Assembly (NCBI GenBank): GCA_010909165.1
Contig: VJWM01000103.1
Location: 496,001-560,000 of the forward strand
Source: Anthoceros angustus
Taxonomy: Eukaryota > Plantae > Anthocerotophyta
Reading direction: 5' to 3'
Length of the DNA stretch: 64,000 nt
This document shows, in pieces, positions 39,215 to 48,665 of this stretch (the stretch's first letter is position 1; every line of letters begins with the position of its first letter). The position numbers were made by a program, and so were the translations under genes. The notes beneath the pieces were generated by a model that was given only the letters and a program-made list of their open reading frames with translations, was not told the DNA's origin and did not search any database.

Positions 39215-40471
39215 CTACTTCCCACCTCCCAACGCGGTGAATATGTCAGTCCTGGTCACAATTCCTGCAGGACATGACTCAAGTTTAGATAACTCGACAA
39301 GCCGTAAGAGCTCCACCGAGCTGTTGATGAAATGTTGAATGAAAGCATGCCTCACCTACAACTTGCTGTGACTCGTTGACAACAGGGATGCGGTGAATTT
39401 TGTTCTTCAACATCAGCACAGCGGCGTCTGTTCAAGCCAACACCAGTGTGAGGACTCAACTACCACTCCCAAGAAAATAGGAGGAGACAAATCATGCAAC
39501 ACGAGTAGGCAGCGTGCACACCTGAGACGGTTTTGTCGGCAGATAAAGTGATAGGTGGCGAGCTCATGACTTCCCCAACAGTGGACTTCAACTGCAACAA
39601 CATGTATTGAATTTAAAGTGGGAGCAACAACATTGACGACGCAACAGTGCAGCAAAGTAAGCAACAACAACCACGCACCCCGTGAGTAGCTTTCACTCTG
39701 TCCTTCTTGGATAAGACTCCAATGCACCTGAGATCTGCGTCGATAACAGGCAACCCAGAGATCTCGTTGAAAAAGTGGTCCACCTTCTCCAAAATGTCCT
39801 CTGCTCTCGCTGTGTAGATAACCTTGGACATCACGTCCGCTAAGAACGTTGATGGCTGAGCCTGCACAGAAATAGGGCAAGTCATGCAATGCAAATGGTT
39901 CATTTCACGGGCCTGCTTAGAAAACGAATACGACGTTCTACACAGGGCTAACACGAGGCATGCCGGCCAACAACATCATCCTGGTTCCAAGCCCTTCGCC
40001 ACAGTAGCCCTCTCGGATCACGGCCCACATACAAGCAACGTTACTGCTAGACCAGCCAACACTCCAAATCAAGCAATTCAGCAGGTCAGCCGCCGCCGTA
40101 CAAGCACAAGGGCATGATATCGGAGAGTGAACCTCAGCCTTGAAGATAACAGGCTCGTAATGGGCAGACAAATCCTCAAAGTTGAGCATGGAGAAATTCT
40201 CGGGCCACTCCCCGGAAGGCAGGAAGGTAGCCTCCTCCTCCTCCTCCGCCACTCCCACCCCGAGCTCCGGTCCTTCCCCGGCAGCACGGACGAGCTGCCG
40301 AGCCTGCCGCCTGCTCACCACTGCAACTCTCCCGCTCACCTGCATGCACGCCAGGCGCTTGACTGACAGAGACTGGGCGCAGCCCCGGCGGGCGCCGCCG
40401 GCGCCGCTGTTGCTGGCGGCAGCTGGGAGGCGGCCCACAAAGGTACGAGAAAGGGTTTCCGCCATCGCCAT
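39215..40471 (-). CDS. Plastid-targeted CBS-pair domain protein, multi-exon
   Basis: Transit peptide-like N-terminus, 'ISGLPVID...IGVLSKKD', 'IHRIPVVN', 'GIVTRTDIF'. Confidence 0.8.
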
Positions 40472-41626
40472 GCCAATTGCTTGCTTCTCCTTGCACACGA
40501 GAGGATTTGGACGACGCAAGAATCAGCCGTGTGACACTGCGATGGCAGCAAGGTGGGAGGACGAGTGACGATTGCTGCTCACCGACTGTAACCGGTGCAC
40601 TCCCGAGGCAGCAACCGCCTCTAGGCCGTCTCACGGATTTGGGATAGAGGCAAACGTCACACCTGGGCCCACAACCTGACCTCTGCTGCACGATTTACCT
40701 CACCTTCACTGGAATCGAATCCAATCGTGCTCCAATTGCAGCATCCCTGTACACATATAGGCAACTCACTCGCCATATCATTGTCGTATTTGATTTACGA
40801 TAATTATATCTCTAGATATTTATTTTTATTAATTTTAATGTATAATATTATCAATTTAAGTAAAAGATTAAACTTACAAACTTTCTTATATCCTAACATA
40901 GAAGTATCTCATGTATTAACAATGACACTTACAAAAACAACAATCAAGTACACTCGATTATGAGCTATATCCGTTTTTTCATTTATGCCCTTCCATGTTT
41001 GAAAGCAAGCACATGAGAATGCAACACAAAACTGACGTTTCGACATGTTTGTTTATAAATCAATGGGCTTGCAATTTAATGTCCTCATTCCCTATCAAGA
41101 CTCAATAGCCCTTGTTATAAATGAGACAAGTCGAATGCTAAAACGAGTAGATTTAGGGCCAATAAAGAAGTTTGTCATGTAACCCAACAAACTCGGACTC
41201 TGTTACTATAGCTGTATGAGATTTAAGTTCACCTCCACGAAACAACACTCAGATAATGTACATACTGTATTGAACTGAACAAGTTCCTCACTACGCCCAT
41301 GTTATATCCGAAATTGGCACACATATTTAGTTTGATCAGCATGTTACTTAGTGATCACTCAAGTGCACATTTCCAAGTGAAGATTTCTCCCTCACGTTTT
41401 TCCACTTGAGCCATGAGGTGGCAAGTTTTGGGGGAAAGGTTTGTTTGGGTTTGGCATCATATGTTTTGGATGACATTTTAGGTTATCCGGACGTTGATAA
41501 CGTTGTTTCACTTTCTAATTATATTAAGTTATACAAATTTATCGAGTCACGCATCAAAGATATCATGAACGAAGGCATGGAAACTATATTACTTGTTTTT
41601 TTTATTTCATTGCATACCATCCAGGG

Positions 41627-41748
41627 ACCATTAATGGAGCAACTCTAAATACACTAGGACAAAACCTATATGAAACAACCACGTGGACGGTACCATTAAT
41701 GGAGCAACTCTAAATACACTGGGACAAAACCTATATGAAACAACCACG
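41627..41748. repeat. 57-bp direct repeat x2 (period 65)
   Basis: ACCATTAATGGAGCAACTCTAAATACACT(A/G)GGACAAAACCTATATGAAACAACCACG at 41627 and 41692. Confidence 0.9.
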
Positions 41749-42048
41749 ATAATACATCTCTTGGTGATACCGATACATATCTTCTGATAATATATAGACC
41801 CTCAATTCATCTGGTCATCATAGTATTAGCACTGGAGATGATTCAACACCTAATGGACAAAGCGACTTTTTGAGTCTTTGGCGTAGAAGAACGGTCAAAT
41901 CTTTGTCATTTCAAGTGGCCCTTGTTCGATGTTTTTGAGACCATGTGGAGAAGACTCTGAGCTATTTTTTGATTTGGACAAAATTTTTGCACTCCCATGC
42001 ACACACCATGCATTCGAAGCCGAATATTCCATCAGCGAAAGATTCTAC

Positions 42049-42154
42049 TAGATGCTTTGGAACTCAATGTGAGCTTGTGTGTTAGATGCTTTGGAACTCA
42101 ATGTGAGCTTGTGTGTTAGATGCTTTGGAACTCAATGTGAGCTTGTGTGTTAGA
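42049..42154. repeat. Perfect 34-bp tandem repeat x3
   Basis: TAGATGCTTTGGAACTCAATGTGAGCTTGTGTGT at 42049, 42083 and 42117, with no spacers. Confidence 0.95.
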
Positions 42155-42599
42155 GGGACGGGAGTTGAGCACCGCTTTGCAAAATATAGGATTTTCTATG
42201 CTTCAAAACTCTAAGAGTATAATTGCATGGCAAGAAAGAGGGCACCAGGCTGCCCAAGTTTTGTCAACACGGTCAGCATCTTTCAAACCAGCTAGAAATT
42301 CCCCAAACCGTGTCCAAGCTTCACAATGTGGAATCATGTATCAAAATGTATCCAAGAACTACGAGACATGGGCAAGCGATGTGAAGTAGTCCTATGTAGG
42401 GAACCCAAGTTGCTCGTAATTGTCGAAATGCCCTGCATCCATTAGGGGTTAAATATGAAGCTTAGTTGATGCTTGTCATTGTCATGACCCAAGAACGGGT
42501 CTTTCTGAGATGGGCTCACCCAATCTCTGCTTATCGATAAAGTGCAACCTCCCTTGCTGAATGACGCAGTCGTAATGAGGTTGCCCAGGCGCGTGCCCA

Positions 42600-43716
42600 A
42601 TGGCCTGGATGTCGCACACGGATGGCAACGACAAGGAGCTTCCAGGAAGCAGGCGGTTTCAAGCTCAGCCGCTGCATCTGCGGTTCCTGCGCCTGGGCCC
42701 TTGGAAGATCCTGGCTTTGTCCCTTGCGGTGCTGCTTCTGCTTGGCACCCGCCTGCGCGGCGTGTCGAAACCCTCTGAGGTGAATTTTGCGTGTGCACAT
42801 GGCGTTGGCTTACGTTCTGGAGCCTGATGCAGATGAAGTGGCAAATTGCTGGTAAGGAATGATGGAATGCGGTGAATTGCTTTTGCAGCCGGCACGGGAG
42901 ATGCAATCGTCTGACGCTACCAATTATGCACGGCAGCGACTGGACCTGTACGAGAAGATGGCGGCTGATCTGGACAGAGGGAAGCCCAAGTTTTTGTTAG
43001 GCGGGAGCACATCGCAGTCACTCAAGCTGTCAGATCTGTTCGAGATTACAGGCGGCAAGGCGAAGCCGGTGCTGAAGCCGGCCGATCCACCTGTGCGGGC
43101 GACTGTGCTGCATATGAACCCCAAAGATGCAAGGATGATTTTCCAAGTGTTGAGTCAAGCCGTGTTTCGTCATTTCTCGGAAGCCGCAATCTGGCGACAG
43201 GACCCTGAGGTCTACCACTTCAGCCTGTACCACGCATCTCATCACATGGATCCTGTCCCAGCCACCGCGGTGGAAGTTGAGGAGGAGGCTCAGCGGATTG
43301 GTGCTGTAGCGGACAGGCTTTGCACCCTGAAGATAGCTTTGCAACGGGTGGTGCTCACGTCTACTGGAGTTCTACTAGGACTGTGGGATGTCGTAGAGGG
43401 CCCTGACCCTGCCGTGATCCGATCCCAACTCAAAGCTGCTCTGCCCTTCTCTCCTAGTCATCAATTCTACAACGATGTCATTCTGCACTCATCCTTTGCT
43501 AGGATCCTGGGACTGCCGAGGGGAATCAGTGGTGTCGACGAAGCCCTACCTTTGCTCAAGGCTTTTGCGGAGCAAGCAACTAGGAAACTAGCAGGTTGGG
43601 AAGTGGAGGTAAGCGAGCTGTGGTTCGTCGAGGAGCTGGATGTTCTGGCCCTTGCATTGAACGGCAGAATTGTGCCGCGCTCCTTTTTGATGTCTTGCAG
43701 ACATAGTGGAGCCTAG
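42600..43716 (+). CDS. Uncharacterised N-terminally membrane-anchored protein with a 2H-phosphoesterase-like domain, 2 exons (42600-42780, 42889-43716)
   Basis: TM-like 'ILALSLAVLLLLG', phase-0 GT-AG intron, two HxS motifs ('YHFSLY', 'ILHSSF') about 90 aa apart. Confidence 0.65.
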
Positions 43717-44445
43717 GCAACAGCATTACACCAAGATCCTGCAAGAGAGGGATCAGGCAGATCGTCCCATGTGCAGCGTCGGCACGACTACATGAACACT
43801 TGCTACACTCAAATTGAGAGCATTACAGAACACGATTTTCATTGAAACTTTTGGTCCTAAACCTAAGGGTGAGACCAGAGTGGGAAGGCCTCAGAACGCG
43901 GTCCTTCCTCCTGACAAAATTTCTAAGAGTCCAAGCAGTTAGCACACGACCAAGGGCTCGTACAATTGCCAATGCCAGCATCAATGTCAGCAGCAAGCCG
44001 GTAGTGGATCTCCACCAGCGATGTCATACGCTCCGTTCTGTCGTCTTCTTCCGGGAACACTGCAGAAGTGGAACCTCACCTGGAACCTATGAAAACTCAT
44101 GAAGAGACTTCCTACATTAGTTGGCAGCTAAAAGCAACCACATACTTCAGTGAAAGAGGCTACTAGTCCGTCCGATGCACGGCTCTCGCTGCCCCGGATC
44201 ACTTGTGATGTGCTGAGTCAAAAGATAGGGTGTACAGAAGGAGACGAATGACCCATCCGCCAGGCAATGCCCTTCCCAGCTGTCAAGGAAACCTGCAGGT
44301 TTAAAGAGCGAAGCATGACTACGATCTGTGTTCCAGAAACTCCCAGACGCCCCTGCCGAAGCATGACAAATGACAGACATTGAGCCCAAACCCTGGTGAT
44401 GAAAAATTGGGGGACACTAGGACACGAACAGGAGTCAGAAGCAAG

Positions 44446-45345
44446 TCAAAAGATGATATCGGCATCTTCCTCATTGCCAGCAGCCAAAAGATTAGTGCTG
44501 TGCGTAGCTCTATGAGCAGGAGATCCGTGGTGATGACTGAGAAACCCACGGTGAGAATGGTGACCATGTGAAGGACGGGAGCGGTGAATCGGGCCACGGT
44601 TATGATGATTCCCCTGTTGTGACAAATGCAGCTCATCATCATCACCATCATCTTCCACAACCTCCAACTTTTTCTGTTTTTCTAGGGCCACCCTCTCAAG
44701 CTCCTTCTTCTTGCCATTCTGCACCTTCTTGAGCCGGAAAAAGTCCTCCCTCTCCAGCTCATCCAGCTCACCCTTAATGTAACGTATGGTATTGTCCAGC
44801 CGAGGTCTGACCACGTTCTCCAGAGCGTTCACCCTGCGGTTGGTGCTCTTAACGGCCTCATCAAGAGACAAAAACGAGGTCTGCAATGACGCCAGCTGCA
44901 CCAACAGCTGAATGGCTTTCAAATACGCAGCCTTGCACACCTTAACCTGCTGGCCACCCCTAGCCAGACCCGTGAGATCCTGCTTAGTATCCCCTGGGAT
45001 AATATCGGGCTCAAATGCTGGAAGCTTGACCCCGGCGATGTTATCTTGCTTGGCCTTCACCCTGATGGTGGCCGTCCCCACGTTCTCAAAGATCGTCAAC
45101 TTGATGTCGTCACCCGCAGCGTACTTGGCCTCCATTAGGGCAAACGAGCTCTGCTTCATCACTTCCCCCATGGCCTCCTTGGTCTCCATGATGCGCTTGA
45201 GGATCTGCCGGAATCGCTGAGTGAGAGCATCGCTCTTCCTCTTCAGCATCTGGTGCCCCTTGGTAGCGGCAACGAGCCGGGTTTTCACCACCGCGAGCAC
45301 CGTCACGGTGGGAACCACATTCAGACGCTGCCCCTGCCCCGACAT
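44446..45345 (-). CDS. VHA-D: V-type H+-ATPase subunit D, intronless, with a His-rich C-terminal insert
   Basis: 'RLNVVPTVT', 'GHQMLKRKSDAL', 'NIAGVKLP', 'LTGLARGGQ', 'TNRRVNALE', 'ELDELEREDFFRLKK', terminal 'EEDADIIF*'. Confidence 0.95.
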   Translation of the reverse strand: MSGQGQRLNVVPTVTVLAVVKTRLVAATKGHQMLKRKSDALTQRFRQILKRIMETKEAMGEVMKQSSFALMEAKYAAGDDIKLTIFENVGTATIRVKAKQDNIAGVKLPAFEPDIIPGDTKQDLTGLARGGQQVKVCKAAYLKAIQLLVQLASLQTSFLSLDEAVKSTNRRVNALENVVRPRLDNTIRYIKGELDELEREDFFRLKKVQNGKKKELERVALEKQKKLEVVEDDGDDDELHLSQQGNHHNRGPIHRSRPSHGHHSHRGFLSHHHGSPAHRATHSTNLLAAGNEEDADIIF

Positions 45346-45916
45346 GGCTGCTCCCCCTCTCCTTCCCTCGCCCACTCCTGCTCTTCCGCCTTCTTGCCAC
45401 TATCTAATCCACCGCAGCCTGGCACTAGCTCCAAATCCTCCGCAAAGGCATTAGCCTGTGCACCAGATCTGAGACACAAGCCCGACACGGATCTGACGCA
45501 AACCGAACCTGCCACAAGCACCAAACACACGCATCCGACAATGCCAGCCCTACCAATTCACGCAACCACGATCGAGCCAGGCAGGCTGGATGCGCGCATA
45601 CACAATTCGCTGCCCGAAAACACCACAACGTTGAGGCAACTCTCAACGCCGGAGACTGCCCACCTTCCCCAACTTCTCTTCTCACTGTGGCGACCCCGTG
45701 GTGACTCATGGCGTACGTAAACTGTGGACGTGTCACGTTGCTCGTCTGAACGAGTACCCACCTACCTCCAGTAATCAAAATAGATTCTAAATACAATTTA
45801 TGCACGAATAATGGAATCCAACAACCTTTGCAGCAGAGCGAGCATGCGGGAAAGCCGTTGAACAGAGGAATTCAGGCATTAGGGAGAGGGAGTTCCAGGA
45901 GAAGCCAGTTCGGTGG

Positions 45917-48403
45917 ATGAGCAGCTGGCTGCTTCGGGAATGCAGATGGGCAATATCGGGTGAAGCTGTGAGAAAACTATGTGAGCAAGGGGAGCTTAGT
46001 GTGGCCTTTGAGGCCCTGGGAGTTCTGGTGCATACAGACGGAAGCATTTGCAAATCTCTTGTGTGTACTTTCCTGAAGCAATGTGTGGCCAAGAGGGATC
46101 TGGCTCTGGGTCGCCGTATGCATGCTTTCACGGTCAGAATGGGGTATCAGGAGGATGCGTTCTTGGGCAACCACATCCTCCGGATGTATGCTTCTCATGG
46201 CAGGGTACAGGAAGCGATGGATGTGTTCACTTTTGTTGCCGAACCAGATGCCTTCATGTGGTCGACCATGATTTCTGCACATGTGAAATGGGGGCAAGAC
46301 AAGCTGGCTGTGCATCTGTATCGTGGGATGCGCAGGTCAAGCGTGAGGCCAAATGGTCAGGTGTTTGTAGCAGCACTTCGGGCATGTGCGAAGGGAGCAG
46401 ACTTGGAAGCTGGGAAGGAGGTGCATGCGGATGTGTTGGCTAGCGGCCTTGAGCGTGATTTGTTTGTGTGTAGTGGCGTGGTGGACATGTATGCAAAGTG
46501 TGGCAGCGTGGTGGACGCTCGAAGGGTGTTTGATGGGCTGGCTCGGAAGGATGTGGTGACTTGGAATGCCATGATGGCAGGATATTCCCACCAGGGCATG
46601 GGCCAGGAGGCCCTTCGTCTTTACAGTGCTATGCAAGGAGGAGGCATGGCCGGACCCACCACTGTTACATTTGTCTGCCTCCTGCAGGCGTGTGCAAGTG
46701 TGGACGCCCTAGCTCTGGAGATGGGCAAACAGCTCCATGCACAGATCAGAGAACGAGGATTTCAGGCTGATGTGGTTGTCGGTGGGAGCCTGGTAAACAT
46801 GTATGCAAAGTGTGGCAACCTGGAAGAGGCTCGTGGGGTGTTTGACGGACTTTGTCAAAAGAATGTGGTGACATGGAATGCTATGATAGCAGCTTATTCG
46901 CAGCAGGGCATGGGGCAGGAAAGCCTTCATCTTTACAGGAGTATGCAAGAAGAAGGCATTGTTGCACCTGATGGTGTGACATTTGTGTGCCTGCTGCAGG
47001 CATGTGCAAGTGTCGGCACCCCGGCTTTGGAGCAAGGAAAGCAGCTTCATGCACAGATTAGAGAACGAGGACTTCAAGCTGACGTGTTTGTGGCTAGCAG
47101 TTTACTAGACATGTACATAAAGTGTGGCAGTCTAGAGGAGGCTCGAGGAGTGTTTGACGGACTCGGTCATAAAAATGTGGTGACCTGGAGTGCCATGATA
47201 GCAGGCTATTCCCAGCAGGACATGGGACTGGAAGCCCTTCGTCTTTTCAGGCACATGCAAGACGAAGCCATAACTGCACCCAATTCTGTCACATACGTGT
47301 GCATCCTGCAGGCATGTGCAAGTGTGGGCAGTGTAGCTCTGGAGAAAGGGAAGGAGATTCATGTACAAATTAGGGAACAAGGGCTTCAGGCTGACGTCCT
47401 TGTAGCCAACAGCTTGGTAGACATGTATGCAAGGTGTGGCAGCCTAGAGGATGCTCAGGGCGTCTTTGACAGGCTTGGTCTAAGAAATGTGGTGACGTGG
47501 AATGCCATGATAGCAGGATATTCCCAGCAGGGCATGGGGCAGGATGCCCTTGGGATTTATAAGGCTATGCAAGAAGAGGGCCTCGTTGCACCCAATGCTC
47601 TGACATTCGTGTACCTCCTTCAGGCATGTGCAAGTATTGCAGCATTGCATCTGGGAAGGCAGCTCCATGCAGAGATTACAGACCACGGGTTTCAATCTGA
47701 TTCTCTTGTAGCTGGCAGTTTGATAAACATGTTTGGAAGGTGCGGTAGCATGCTTGATGCACAGCAGGTGTTTGAGGCATGGCCAGGAAGAAAAGAAGTT
47801 GGCGCATGGAATTCACTGATTGCAGGATACACCCGCCAAGGAGACAGCGAAAAGGTCTTTAACTTGGTTTTCAGAATGAGAGAAGATGGCATACTGCCAG
47901 ACGGAATCACTCTCCTGAGTGTACTTACAGTATGCAGTCACACAGGTCTCGTGAACAAGGGGCGAGAGCACTTCGAGGCTATGACCAGAGACTATAGCAT
48001 CACTCCCACGGCGGACCACTACACATGCATGGTGGATCTGCTGGCTCGTGCAGGACAATTGGACGAGGCACTGGCTTTAGTAGGGTCAATGCCTGTACTT
48101 CCTAACTCTTCGGTTTGGCATACTCTTTTGGGTGCTTGTCGAAAGTGGAGGAACGTCGAGGTCGGCCGCCATGCTTTTGATGAGGCAGTGAAGCTGGACA
48201 AGAAAGATGCTGCAGCATATACGTTGATGGAGAACATATATTGCGGTGCCCAGATGTGGGAGCAGGCAGAGAAGGTGCAAGCGTTCAGGATAAGCATCAG
48301 GGCTTGGAAGCGGCCAGGCCGGAGCTGGTGGACAGACATGGATGGACGGGTGCATAGTTTTTTAGTTGGGGAGATGGAGCAGAATTTGAACAGATTCATC
48401 TAG
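45917..48403 (+). CDS. PLS-class PPR protein (~20 P/L/S motifs, E1, E2, WW-type PG box; DYW domain truncated), organellar RNA-editing factor type
   Basis: Regular L-S-P triplets, 'HYTCMVDLLARAGQL', 'WHTLLGACR', 'PGRSWWTDMDG' followed by an early stop. Confidence 0.93.
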   Translation: MSSWLLRECRWAISGEAVRKLCEQGELSVAFEALGVLVHTDGSICKSLVCTFLKQCVAKRDLALGRRMHAFTVRMGYQEDAFLGNHILRMYASHGRVQEAMDVFTFVAEPDAFMWSTMISAHVKWGQDKLAVHLYRGMRRSSVRPNGQVFVAALRACAKGADLEAGKEVHADVLASGLERDLFVCSGVVDMYAKCGSVVDARRVFDGLARKDVVTWNAMMAGYSHQGMGQEALRLYSAMQGGGMAGPTTVTFVCLLQACASVDALALEMGKQLHAQIRERGFQADVVVGGSLVNMYAKCGNLEEARGVFDGLCQKNVVTWNAMIAAYSQQGMGQESLHLYRSMQEEGIVAPDGVTFVCLLQACASVGTPALEQGKQLHAQIRERGLQADVFVASSLLDMYIKCGSLEEARGVFDGLGHKNVVTWSAMIAGYSQQDMGLEALRLFRHMQDEAITAPNSVTYVCILQACASVGSVALEKGKEIHVQIREQGLQADVLVANSLVDMYARCGSLEDAQGVFDRLGLRNVVTWNAMIAGYSQQGMGQDALGIYKAMQEEGLVAPNALTFVYLLQACASIAALHLGRQLHAEITDHGFQSDSLVAGSLINMFGRCGSMLDAQQVFEAWPGRKEVGAWNSLIAGYTRQGDSEKVFNLVFRMREDGILPDGITLLSVLTVCSHTGLVNKGREHFEAMTRDYSITPTADHYTCMVDLLARAGQLDEALALVGSMPVLPNSSVWHTLLGACRKWRNVEVGRHAFDEAVKLDKKDAAAYTLMENIYCGAQMWEQAEKVQAFRISIRAWKRPGRSWWTDMDGRVHSFLVGEMEQNLNRFI

Positions 48404-48665
48404 GAAATGAAGTAAGAAAGCTACTCCAAATCTGGTGGAATAGGATCAGCATTTGTTAGAAGCTGGCTGTGGCATGCCCGAATCCACGCCCGGTGAAAGT
48501 CACACTCACTTTGAAATTCTTGTCTCCGTCTTAGGAGCTGGGGAGTTGAATGTTCCGTGGATGTCCGGACCGCAAGGCTGAGCTGCCTCCCGGCTTGAAG
48601 AAGGCGAACTCGTCTCTAAAGAGTTCGGCAGGTTGAGCTTGCAAAAACGGTCTCGTGTCCATTTG

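Noticed and set aside
42049-42154. 34-bp repeat x3 as a possible CRISPR array (also 18681-18782)
   Set aside because: Units are directly adjacent with no unique spacers, there are no cas genes, and the context is eukaryotic.
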